NCBI RefSeq assembly: GCF_009914755.1
Contig: NC_060928.1
Reading direction: 5' to 3' (one strand)
Source: the human T2T-CHM13v2.0 reference genome, Homo sapiens
DNA length: 64,000 nt
Shown here: piece after piece, positions 1 to 12,050 of the stretch
How positions within the stretch are numbered: the stretch's first letter is position 1
How the letters are laid out: the number at the start of each line of letters is the position of its first letter
The notes under the pieces: model-generated
Told to the model about the DNA's origin: nothing
Database searches by the model: none
The model's input: the letters and a program-made list of their open reading frames with translations, nothing else
Translations under genes and position numbers: made by a program

Positions 1-46
1 GTGACAGAGTGAGACCCTAATTCTAAAACAACAACAACAACAAAAA
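1..46 (+). mobile_element. Alu 3' end and (CAA)n/A-rich tail, cut by window edge
   Basis: gtgacagagtgagacc.. followed by aaaacaacaacaacaacaaaaa. Confidence 0.75.
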
Positions 47-99
47 TTTTGAATTGAATGGATGGGTTTTGCCCTCTCATTTTAGATCCCATTCTTTTT

Positions 100-380
100 T
101 TCACTGAATATTTATTGAGTGCCTATTATTTGCCAGTTCTGCTAAGTGCTGAGGACATTAAGATGATAAGGCACTGGCCCTTTCCTTGTAGGAGCTATCA
201 TGTAGATAGTAAGGGAGACAGACATTGTGAAAAAGGATAATTAGACCACAATATCTTCCATGCCATCATTGAGGTATGAAGAGAATGCAGTGCGACCCAG
301 AAGATGGAGTGACTGACTTGTCCTAGGAAAGTCAGGGAAGGAGGGAACCCTGGGGCTGGGATTTAAGCATAAGGAGTTTA
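100..380 (-). mobile_element. L2 3' fragment
   Basis: tttattgagtgcctattatttgccag..ctaagtgctgaggac.. is typical of the antisense L2 3' end; boundaries approximate. Confidence 0.65.
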
Positions 381-1499
381 CTCATTTGCTGAAGTTTTGT
401 TTCCCAGATTTTAGTTTGATCACACTACCTCATAAATGTTAGAAAACATCTTCTGGCCAAATATGGTCTCAGCATTTGTTCTTTTGGTTCTGCAATTAGT
501 GACAGACCATAGTACCATAGTAGCATCTCTGGAATGTTCTTCTGAGCCGAAGAATTTAAAAGATGTCATACATAATCAGAGATAAACTGCATTCTTGAGG
601 CTTAGCAGATAAATGCTCCAATTTGTTAAGAAGTTTTATGGGAGACTTTCATTTTGGCCACCCAGTATTTACTTCCTGTGGCAATAACGCCATGTTAAAC
701 AAATTATGAATGGGAAAGATGATCATTCTGAAATGGGAATGTAGAAGCTCTAGGTCTGGGCCAGATGGATAGAAGCTGCTGTCACTTGGTGTTGGGAATG
801 ATTTGGACTCTGCACACACAGTTGGGATTCCCTTCAAGGTTATTGGACTACCTTAGACCAGAGGTTTGGCTTGATGGTTATGTCACCATCACCAGCGGGA
901 AGGGCAGCATGGTGGCACCGTCTCTCAGTGGCCTTCCCGACGCCTCCAATGCGATTTCTGTTCATCTTTAAAGAAATAAAGTCTGATTTAGAGCTTTGTA
1001 TTTCTTTCTTAGTGTTCGTTATAAAAGTGACCATTAAATATGAGGTTTTAGTGACTAAAACAGTTGGAGGCTACAGCTGGGCTGACAGCTTTAGTGGAGA
1101 GTTTATTTTCTTTCTTTTTTTCCCTCCTGCCTGGCTTCAGCTTTAAATTAGATTGTAATAATCATAACAAAGCTTCTCCCTGCCCTTAGTTGAAAGCACA
1201 TTGCAGACCTGAACTCTTTCTGAGACTTTATTTATGACGGAATCCCACACCATTTTAGAGCTTTCATCTTCCATGTGCTCAGCATTTTATGGGTCTCCGT
1301 TTTCTGTAGCATTTCTGAAACCATGGTTCAAAACAATGTCAATTCCCTCAGGCACCAGAAAGATCTAGGAAGAGTGTGTCCCGCTCTCCTCATTGTTTGC
1401 ATAGATGTGTTGACACTGTCATTGTGTTAACTCTGGAATACACAGTAAAGTGGGTTAGTTAAGGCTTTAACTAACTTTGACTAGTATGGCTTTGCAGCC

Positions 1500-1710
1500 T
1501 TATTTCCTGGGTATATTCCCAACTTAGGTACTTATTAGCTGTGTGACCTTAGATACCTTAGCAAACGTTTCTGTATTACATCTTCCTAGTTGTGAAGAGA
1601 GAACAATGGTAGCACTGACCTCCAAGAGTGGTTGCGAGGATTAAACGAGTACTTTCAGCACTTGGAAGAATTCTTTGCAGCAGTAAGTGCTTAACAAATG
1701 TGAGTTGTTG
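1500..1710 (+). mobile_element. MIR
   Basis: MIR core: ttattagctgtgtgacctt..gttgcgaggattaaacgag..cagtaagtgcttaacaaatg. Confidence 0.7.
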
Positions 1711-1887
1711 GTATTATCCCAGAAGTTCATGAATTGATGAAACTGGATGGTCGAGTAGTCATAAAATAATCCTCCTTTACTTGGTCTGCTTGTTTGTGCT
1801 TGCTAATGGTATGGTTAGAAGATTTTAAAGGTTAGACAACCACAGTCAATTGGTGGCTACACTGAATTATCATTTCCTGGAGACAGC

Positions 1888-2080
1888 AGGAGGCAGTGTA
1901 GTTTAGCTGTTAAGAGCATTGGGTTTGGAGTCAGAAAGCCTAGTCGAGCATCAGTTCTGTTTCTTACATGGCCTCTTAGTGGCTCAGTTCCCTCATCTGT
2001 AAAATGGAGCTAATTCCTCACAAGACCTTTTGCAAGAAAAATGTATGTGAATGTCTGGAGCACACATTAAATACTCAAAA
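1888..2080 (+). mobile_element. MIR
   Basis: gcagtgtagtttagctgttaagagcattgggtttggagtcaga..ctcagttccctcatctgtaaaatgg. Confidence 0.75.
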
Positions 2081-2504
2081 AAGTTGTTGTGGGTGAGGGG
2101 AGGAGTGAGGGGAAGAGAGATTGATTTAAGGTCAGATCTGTTTGTTTATCATGAGTTCCCTGGTAACAAGCAATGGAGATGGGAGTTTGCTCAGAGCCGT
2201 CAGCATCCAGCTGTGAAAGGGAAACACTCAGGCTCTTTTAACTTTGAGAATGTTGACATAAATTACAAAACCAAGAAGGACAAATGGCAATTTGCTGCTG
2301 TCAGTATTATAAACATCAGTGTGAGGGTGGACAGTTTAGCTCAGATGAGTCATTCCGGGTCTGTCCTGTCTTGTCCAGAAGCTTCACTTGCATAAGATGG
2401 GGTACCATTGGCAGAGGAAAGAAGCAAGCTAAGGACCCAGTCTGTCTTCTTACTGCTGGAAATAGTGGCAGTGGCTGGGCTGTCCCAGGGTTTATTCACT
2501 GTTA

Positions 2505-2690
2505 CAAGGTTCTGAAACTTTAGGGGGTATAAAACTCAAGTGGGGAACTTGTTAAAAGGGCACCTTCCAAAGCCTTATTCACAAACATTTCAATTCAGTA
2601 GGTTGTTGGTAGGGCCCAGGAATCTGCTTGTTTTCTGGCTCTCTAGGTACTTCTAACACAGGTGCTTAGAAACTACACTTTGAAAAAGAC
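2505..2690. mobile_element. MER5A/MER5B-like hAT DNA transposon relic
   Basis: ggttctgaaacttt..ggggaacttgttaaaa..attcagtagg..gggcccaggaatctgc..ctacactttgaaaa matches MER5 structure. Confidence 0.6.
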
Positions 2691-3648
2691 AATTCCAGTG
2701 AGATTGGGCAGAGTAAAGTTTCCGTGTAGGAGGAGCTGCCTCTGCCAGGCTTTTCCCCAGCATTATGGTTTGCTTCTAAAAAGGAAGCAAACAACCAGAA
2801 AACAAAAAAGCCAAATTTGCTTTATTTTGAGTCAAAGCACCACTTAATAACTTGTGTCAATTGTTTCTCACAACACTGCATGAAAGACTTAATATTAATT
2901 CCATTTGACATTAGAGGAGTCGGGGACTTTTGGTGCAAGCATGAATTAGAGGCAAACATTGCACAGGTTCTTCAGTTTGTCTCCAGCCATCTGGGTATTG
3001 CTAAACACATCTGTTTCTTCTCTTGGAGAGGATGCCCCAGTGTTGTCACATGATTTAAATTATGGCAAGAGTGGAGGTTCCGTTTGTCCACTTCCCTGGT
3101 TTGCAGGGATGGCTCGGGGGAGCCTTGCTTTGCCGTGACTGGCATTCATCCAGGGCCCGGGCATTTAACTCTGAATTTTGATTTGGGCATTTGCCTGGTG
3201 TGATATTCTGCCAGGGCCTTCCCAGTCTGTTCTCTGCTGTTTTGCTCCTGAAGATTTATGGCTAATGAAGGGATAAAGAAAGGTCGTGGCGAGAGGCGGC
3301 AGCATGTGGTGGTGACTCATGGTCTGGGCCTGGTGTGGAGCCAGTTTGGGTGGAACGCTCCACTGGCTGCTGTGCCTGTTTTCACGTGGCTCTTTGCCAC
3401 AGCCCTGCAGGAGGCAGTTTCTTGCCTGTCTCTGGTCAGAGAGGCCTGGTGATTCTGCCTGTCTCCTGCTGTTATGGACTCAGGTCAGGGCACTAAAGCC
3501 TGGCGGCCTTTTGACAAACAGTCTCACAAATGGGAGCTCAGGAGACAGTGGGATGGGCCGGTCCTGGGAAGGGCTCCAAAGCCACTCCAACGTGGGGGAC
3601 ACAGTAGCAGCATGGGCCGAAGGAAGTCAAGTGAAGCTACTAGCAGGA

Positions 3649-3830
3649 CAGGGTTTCTCAGCCTTGGCACTGTTGACATTTTGGACAAGATAATTCTTTA
3701 TTGCGGGGCTGCACTGTGCATTGTAGGATGGTGAGTGGCATCCCTGGCCCCTACTCACTAGAGGTTAGTAGCCCCACAGCCCCTCTCAGTTAATGCAACC
3801 AGCAAAATCACCCCTGGTTGAGAACCACTG
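3649..3830 (-). mobile_element. MER20 (hAT-Charlie), internally deleted
   Basis: TIRs cagggtttctca.. and ..tgagaaccactg; body ggcactgttgacattttgg..gtgcattgtaggatg matches MER20 but is shorter than consensus. Confidence 0.85.
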
Positions 3831-3887
3831 TGGTAGGTTGGGTTCCAGGCATGTGGCCAGGGTTAAGAAGATCCATCCACCATCCTG

Positions 3888-4080
3888 TTTTTATTGAGTA
3901 CTTACCACGTGGCAGGCATTCTTTGCATTCATTATCTCATTTAATCCCCATAACAACCCTAAGATGAAGGAACTCTATTGCTCCCATTTTCTGGATAAGA
4001 AAACTGAAGTTTATAAAAGTAACTTGCCCAAGGTCACATAGTGTGGGGCTCATATATGTGTCAGATGCCCTTTCCTCACC
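3888..4080 (-). mobile_element. MIR
   Basis: tttattgagtacttacc..tctcatttaatcccc..aaactgaag..aacttgcccaaggtcaca. Confidence 0.8.
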
Positions 4081-5404
4081 CTGTGGCCATATGTAATGAA
4101 GCCATAATATGGAAGCCTGGGAGAAAAGCTGCAATGCGTGACAACAGCTGGCATGTAGTGTAAGGGGGTGCTGCCTGTTGAGCTCCAGGGCTGAGATTGA
4201 GGAGTCTAATTACAAACCCTGTGGAGATAGTTAAGGGCTTACATGAACTTGAATACCAGGTGGATGATTCAGATAGAGATGGAGCTACTGGAAATGCCAT
4301 GTAGGTTGGGGGTTGGTTGCAGGTAAACTTTTACCTATGCCCAACTGTTGTCCCTCACTTGTTCATGACACTGGATCCCCTGAGATATGACTCCTGATGT
4401 GAGCCCAAATGTGCTTTTTCCACTTCAAATACTGCTCATTGGACTGGGGTCTCTCACCCCAACCTCCATTCCTCCTTAGGGACCAGCCCTTCTCTTGCCT
4501 GAATCTTAGCTTCTTCCACTGACACCACGCTGCCTTGGGTTGGGACATGCCTGAGCTATGACATGTACATTGAAATGACTAGACAACACGAGGTTGCTCG
4601 TCACCTCTGGCACAGTAAAGACCCTGGGACATGACAACTGAAGCTGGTGTGATCTCCAGTGCATGTAAAATACTTGTAGTTTATAGGAACTGATGATTCT
4701 GAATTGAATGCCAATCCTTGGGAAGGTTTTTAAAAGGAAAGATCAGAGTTTCTGATATTGTGGTTTCCTCAATATCAAAGGCACCAGGTGGAGGTGAGAA
4801 AGATGTTACCTGAAATCCAGGTGAGCCTCTTCAATGGGCTTTTTAAGGATGTTTTCCCATTAGTGGGGCAGGACAGGTTTTGGAGTGCATGATTACTTTG
4901 TAGTCTGGCTGATATCTAGAACCAAATGGGCTTCAATTTGGAAAATGACATTCACAGATAGCATTAGCTTGAATTACATGGATTTCTCCTCTATTTACAC
5001 CCAATTAATTAGCACTTAAACACATGTGCAATGTGAATACTGGGAATACCTTTGCAAAAAGGAAAATTCTGACTGAGTTGCAAAGCCTGCTTGGGACCTG
5101 CAATTGTTTGGGGGGTCCTACTGCTCATGGACCTGATAGACGCTGATGTCCCACAGAGCCTTCTCAGTGTGACATTTTGCTCAGCACAGTCACTATGCAG
5201 GTTTTAGCATTTCTGCAAGACTGTGAAATAATCTCTGTGATTCCCCTGTGTTCTTAATCCCTTTTGCTCTTCTGTGGTGGTCTTGCCCTTTCTCAAGAAT
5301 ATTATCGTTGGTACTTGTTGGTTCAAGGGGGTGTCATTTGAAGGAACATCATATAATATAGCAAGACTGCTCTCTGGAAATTTTTTGCTTTTGCTCACTC
5401 TGTT

Positions 5405-5580
5405 TTTATTCTTATTTTGAATACTAGAAAAATAATATATGTTTATGGAAGATGAATTAGAAAATACAAATAATCAACAAAGAAAAAAGAGGAAAAAATT
5501 ACCTTGTAATCATGCAACCCAGATATAGCCATTATTAACATTTTGGTTATGTCCTTGTGTTTTTGTTTCACTTTTAACAA
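5405..5580 (-). mobile_element. ancient L1ME-like 3' fragment
   Basis: agaaaatacaaataa..aaaattaccttgtaatcatgcaacccagatatagccattattaacattttgg; heavily diverged. Confidence 0.4.
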
Positions 5581-5772
5581 AAGGAGAGGATAGAAGAAAT
5601 TATCAGAACACATGTGGCATTTTTTTAGTAGAATTTTAAAAAATGCTTCAAAAAACCTTTTGATTTATTGGCAAATAGGTCCTGATGACTGTCAATGATG
5701 TACACAGTTTTGGAAATATACTAAGAAATGCCATATTAGTCTCCTTGCTGATAAAGGGTATATCTATAAGAG

Positions 5773-5774
<2 letters not shown>

Positions 5775-5822
<48 letters not shown>
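5775..5822 (+). repeat. (GT)24 microsatellite
   Basis: uninterrupted gt run. Confidence 0.97.
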
Positions 5823-5826
<4 letters not shown>

Positions 5827-6764
5827 AAATGAACTCTCTGTGGCTCCTGAAAAAGAAATTCTGTTCTGGATTTGTTGACTCACTGCCAAGCTCTGCTGCA
5901 GGCAGGGAGCAGATTCTAAGTTATTCAAGCCAAATATTTTCGCCCTCATGGTTTATTGGCTACTGTGACAGACTTCTCCTCACACCTCACCTCCTCACTG
6001 GCACGTGGACATATCAGGCATTTTGTTCATTTTGCTTCTCGATCTCTCCCTATTTCTTTCAATTACTCCTTAGCATTTCTTGAATTTATACGAGTACCAC
6101 CCCAACTCGCTAATACACGTTAGAAATACCCAGACACTTCCTTCTTGAGGTCGCTGCAGGAATCCACCGTCTCCCTCTAAGACTTTGTTCATGTGTGAGC
6201 CTCCTTAGGGCTCCTAAGCTGTTATGAGGGAGCAGCTCCTCTCAGGGAGGGAGCACCACTCACCTTCATTCATTCACAGTCACTCAGAATAACACTGTTT
6301 CCTTTCCATGCCCAACATGAGATCAGGGTGTATGACTGAACTCAAGGTTCATCACACCCTTAGGGGGACAGGCTTGGGGGGATGAGAGAGAGAGAGGAAC
6401 TGTGCTGCTTCAGTGAAGAACTCCTCACTCTCCTGGGTAAAAGAGAATTTTGTACAGGCTGTCATGACCAGTAAGCTATTGCTGAGAAGATGCATCCTAG
6501 GATGATAGTTTTAAAAAGTTAAAAAAAGAAATGTTTAGCTCCAGTTGGCAAAAAAAACTAGACACAGGAAAAGATAGTGTAGCCTGCTTTAAAGGATCAC
6601 AAAGTATGAAGGAGACTGGATGGGTAAGGGCTTTATATGAAGAGCTTGCTTTCCAGCTCCATGGTGTTTCCCTCCTTCTGCTTTCAGTGTTTTTGGTGTG
6701 TTGTTTGAAATGTTTGGAAAAGATCCTAAGTCAAAATGAGGCTAACGGTAATTGCTTTCTAAGT

Positions 6765-6960
6765 TCCAAGCGCTGTTGTAAGCACTGATCATGTAGTCAC
6801 TAATTTAAACCCTACAACAACCTCAGGGGAGGATCCATCGCCACTGTTTTACAGACGTGAAAACGTAGTACAGGCTTTAAGAAACCTACCCAAGGTCATA
6901 CAGCTGGTAAGCTGCAGAGCCAGGATTCAGGCCAGGAAACCACACTCTCTGCTCTGCCTC
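6765..6960 (-). mobile_element. MIR
   Basis: atttaaaccctacaacaacc..ttttacagacgtgaaaac..cccaaggtcatacagctggtaag..gccaggattca. Confidence 0.75.
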
Positions 6961-6984
6961 CTCTTGCAATGAAAGTGGCCATAG

Positions 6985-7065
6985 GACTCTGAGTTCTAGT
7001 CAGAGCTCTGCTAATAATTTGCTGTGTTATATCTTTGGGCCTCAGTTTCATCATTTGGCTAAAAA
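6985..7065 (+). mobile_element. MIR fragment
   Basis: ctgagttctagtc..gctctgctaat..gctgtgt..tctttgggcctcagtttcatcattt. Confidence 0.55.
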
Positions 7066-8504
7066 ATTATACAATCCTATAGATATGTTTATGCTATTCC
7101 CCTCCCCACTCCTACAAATCTTGAATACATCTAGAGAGATAAATGCAATTTGCCTCAAATGAAATTCAGATTGAATTTTGCATCTTGCTCCTTCCTCTTT
7201 TGGTCTTGATTCCACTTTCTCTGCAGGAGAGAATTGCTGTACTGCAGTCCAGTCACTGTTATAAGCAGAGACAGTTTCCTTGGAGCAGCTGACCTCATTG
7301 GGCCAGTCCTATTTAGTAATAAAGAGGGGTTTGTTATAGCTTTCCCATGAAAAGATTTAAGAGGAGCAATTCAGAGAAATGGAAACATTCTTAATTAGCA
7401 AGCACATCATCTCAAGTTTCCAAGATTTTTTAATCCATAGAGCAGAGACATGTTTAAAAGGAGAGACAATATGGTTTGAAGGACTAAGCACCAAACTGAC
7501 CGAGGGAAATGCCTTTATCCTACTGATTTGCCACATGTTCCCAACAAGTCATTTGGCCATTTAGGCTTCTGTTTCCTTGGTGAGGTTGCTATGGTAAGGC
7601 CTGAAGAATCACCTGTAAAACTCGCTGCAAATATTGACTTCTGATGATCTTGTTCAACCTTGGGAGGTAAGGTTTCTCAGCATCTCATCTGTTTGTATGT
7701 CTCCTGGAAGCCTTGCAACCCTGACCCTACTGATAGAGCCCAGCTGTTGTCTCTTACCTGTTCATGACACCCACCTTCCTTGTTAACTGTCTGATGATAG
7801 GCTCAACGGAGACTGAGGTGTTTGTAACAAGGGTGATAGCAAACATGGAGCATGGTACTATTGTGGTGACTTTGTACTGACTCATCATCATCAATAAAAT
7901 AACTTACTTCGTGAGGAACTCTGCACATATTTCCTAACATCTAGTTCTGTTCTAGGGGTTATCTTAAACTTGGGACCAACTTTCTAATTTTTTATCTCTC
8001 AGGGTGAAATGCATCCCTTTCTTCTTTATCCCATGCATAGGTAAACATTACCCATAGTCATGTTCTAGCTTTTAGAAAAAAAAAAAATTCTAGTCTGAAT
8101 TTTCTCTCCCATTCTTTAACAGTATCTTTGTTTTCTGGCTTTTGCTCCGATATTCCACAATTCACTCTTGTCTCTGCTTCTGACCTTTACTGGTGCTGCC
8201 TCAAGACTCAGCTTCCATTAAATGAGATCATTTGTTCTATATTTAACTGAATATTAAAAAGACAATGGGCCTAGGAGGAGAACAAAACTTTGCCCTAATA
8301 TCGGAGAAGCTGAGCACAAATATGGTGCTCAGGTGGAGGGGTAGGGGATGATGCCAGAATGGAAGATCGGAATCAGATTGCAAAAAGTCCCCTATGTCAC
8401 ATTGAGAAGTTTCAATTTTAAGTTTAAAACAACAAGAAATTCATAGAAAACATATATATGTGTATTCACATGAGATCAGATCTCTTGTTTAAAGAGGTTC
8501 AGTT

Positions 8505-8640
8505 CGTAGTTCAACAGAAATGTTTGATAAGCACCAATTTTGTGTCAGGGTCTATGGTAGGTGCTTAGGATACAAAGATGGGTAAAACATGCTCTTACTC
8601 TCAAGGAGGAGATGGAACTACAACATGACAAATAATAGTA
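8505..8640 (-). mobile_element. L2 3' fragment
   Basis: ttcaacagaaatgttt..aagcacc..tgtgtcagg..ctatggtaggtgcttaggatacaaagatg. Confidence 0.6.
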
Positions 8641-8738
8641 CAGGAGGAGTCAAGATTAATTTCTCAGTCTTTATGCTAACAGAAGTTTTTAGGCAGAAGA
8701 AGGACAATGTTTAAAAGTTAAATAAAAATAGCTCTGCT

Positions 8739-8878
8739 GGCTGGGCACAGTGGCTCACACCTGTAACCTCAGCATTTTGGGAGGCCAAGGCGGGAAGATC
8801 ACATGAGCCCAGGAATTTGAGACCAGCCTGGGCAACATAGTGAGACCCTATCCTTATATTATTAAAATGATAATTTTT
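8739..8878 (+). mobile_element. Free left Alu monomer (FLAM_C-like)
   Basis: ggctgggcacagtggctcacacctgta..gagcccaggaatttgagaccagcctgggcaacatagtgagacc; single arm; degenerate TSD aaaaatagctctgct / aaaaaaagttctgtt. Confidence 0.9.
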
Positions 8879-10189
8879 AAAAAAGTTCTGTTGTCAGTGT
8901 GGAGGGTAAACTAGACAGTAGAAACAGGGAAAGTGTTGAATGTAAATTTCCATTCAGTGTTAGTTGTCTTCATTATAATAATGATTATCGTCAACTTTTG
9001 TCCTTTTCACATGTGAAATCACACTTTGGGGACTCTTACCTAATACATTTCTTTCTAAAATTTAGTAACTGGCACCCATTTGGACAGATAAAACACAATG
9101 ATGGTACCAAGACAGCAAGACAGTTGGTGAAGGCCAGATTTGCTTTACATACCAAGAGTTCTTGCCTGTTTCCAAATGTTTTGGGTGGATGTAGTTTCTT
9201 TGGAAATTGTCCAGCTAAGGCTTCTTATGAATAAAAAATGTTGCTCTAATTAAAATCATTCAGGCCCAAGTTACATTTTTCCAATAATTCACTTGTGATT
9301 TATAATTGGAGATATATACAATATCAAATTACCTAAGTGGGGAGGGGGAGGGAGGAAAAGAAAACTAAGCTCTGTTGTAAGAATCAGTTCAGAATATTGC
9401 TGACTTCATAAACGAAACCACTCAGGCTTTCTCCCAGGCAGCAGTTGATATATTTATAGCCTTGTAATTTGGTTACTTATCACTTAGCTTATAAGTGAGT
9501 CACCCATGAAATACATGCACAGAGACCAAACGTGCTAATTACAAAGGTAGAGTGTAGATGGGAGGGCCCTGTTAGGACCCCTGTTTAATAGCAGTGGCAA
9601 ACTGTTGGGAAAGGATCATTTATCATGAAATGACATGAAGGCTCAAATGGCAGAGCTTTCGAGTCTGGCTTTAAAGAGCTATTCAGCTTTGCTCCTGTCA
9701 AGTGGGACTCCTTGTCTCATCATCACTGCCTTCCAGTTTGATATGCTGTGTTTGTTTCACGGAGGGGTGATGGGCGGGCAGCAGGGAGGGAGAGCGGTGG
9801 GAAGGATGGTAAGGGAGGCTCAGGGCAGGGAATAGCTGAGCTATTTGAGAGGAAGTGTTTGTGTTAACTTACTTTTTACTTCAGAAGTGACATTCTGACA
9901 GAGCTGTCAGAAATTACATTTATTTATTTTAAAATTTCCACATTATTTTTTTCCTGAAATGATTTCCCATTCCAGACTCTACCTGGTGAAATCTTGTTCA
10001 TCTCTCAAAACTCATTTCAAAACCGACTTCCTCCATGGGAACTCAAAGGCCTTAAATTTTCTTTCAAGCATATCCTAGCATATTAAATTTAAATGGAAGG
10101 TGCTACTTTTAGGTGTAAGAAAAATTTCAAGTTATCAGCCAACACATTGTCCTATATCAAACAAAGGTATATTTAAGCTTATTTCATCA

Positions 10190-10696
<507 letters not shown>

Positions 10697-11514
10697 TTAT
10701 GTATTCAAAAACCAGCTAGACCTGGAAAATTAATTCACTCTGCTCTGAATTTGGATGCACTCTTTTATCTCTCGACTTAACTCTCTGAGTGGTCCATTTT
10801 ATCTATGGAAATCTAGTTTCAAGATGTTCTGGCAGCAAAGAAACTCAAAGCCAGATTAATTGCTAAATTACAAACACGAAGCCACAGTATTTAAAAGCAA
10901 GCTTCACACAAAATAATGTTTTCATGTTATTTAAAAGATATACTCCAAGTCTCCGTTTGGAGATTGGATGGTTTAATAGATCCTAACATGTACAGAGGGA
11001 AAACTACCCATCAGTACTTGGATACTCTTGTGAAGCTAGAGTCATATCTGGGCACAGGGAGGATGAAGTCTCTGTGGCCAGTGCTGAGCGTGGTTGCTGG
11101 CAGGTTTTGGTAACAGTGATTCAGAGGCTGCTGTTGATCACTGGGAGATATCTAGAATTACCGCCAATGCCTGACTTCAGGGCTCTTGGATTGGAAAGAC
11201 TCAGGCGCATCCAAAAAACTCACCCCACTGTACCCTCCTCCACCCACATTCCTTCATTGCACAAAAAAAGACATCATTTGAGACTTAGGCTGAAATTGAG
11301 ATGTCATTTCTTCATTCATTAATTCATTCAAGAGATAGTTCTTAGATGTATATTGTATTCTGAATACTGTGTGAGGTGGAAAAAAAGATCTATTTCAACA
11401 AAGCTCCTCTCCTATCCAGGCTAGTGTGGCATGAATTATTCTTGGTGAGCATATAAGGGGTCCTAGAGATAAATAGCAGCTTTTTCTGAACTACTAATGT
11501 ATCATTTGAAAAAT

Positions 11515-12050
11515 GATTTTTTAAAAAATTTAAGTAATTCATAAACATGGTTTAAAGCATCATGTAGTGTGGAAGGGCTTATACTGAAAATAATCATTAT
11601 TCTGTCCTACTCCTCCCTTCTCAGAAATCCTCACCTTTAACCATTTCTGCTTTCTTTTGTTGGTAATGCCTGTAACTTTAAAAACATGCTTACTATGAAT
11701 TCTTGGTTCATTCATTGTAGACACTATTGTAGATGAGAATTTTGCTCATTCTCCACCCCCATCTCTCTTCTCTTTTGTAATATAATATCACTGTTTTTAG
11801 TTCTTCTAAAGTTAACTTTTGTAACTCAGAATAATGTACTTAAACTCCTCTTTTTTGTTCAATCAGCTATGAACATAATCTCTTGACCATCCACTTTGTA
11901 GGATAAGGATATTCATATTCCTATCCTTTCTGCCACTTTTTAAATGCCTCCTCACCTTCTCTTTTTTCTCAGCTGTAATTTTGCCTTCACTGTGTCAAGT
12001 TGATAATATTTACACTTTGTCTGTAACATAATTATTTTCAAAAGTCATAT
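11515..12050 (-). mobile_element. ancient L1M (L1ME-like) 3' UTR fragment
   Basis: AT-rich, diverged sequence resembling old L1 3' UTRs (aagtaattcataaacatggtttaaa..actattgt..gttgataatatttacac). Confidence 0.4.

Noticed and set aside
875-945. Perfect Kozak gccaccATG on the minus strand and an 8-bp stem cgggaagg..ccttcccg
   Set aside because: The frame closes after 10 codons and the stem is short; no RNA gene or pseudogene recognised.
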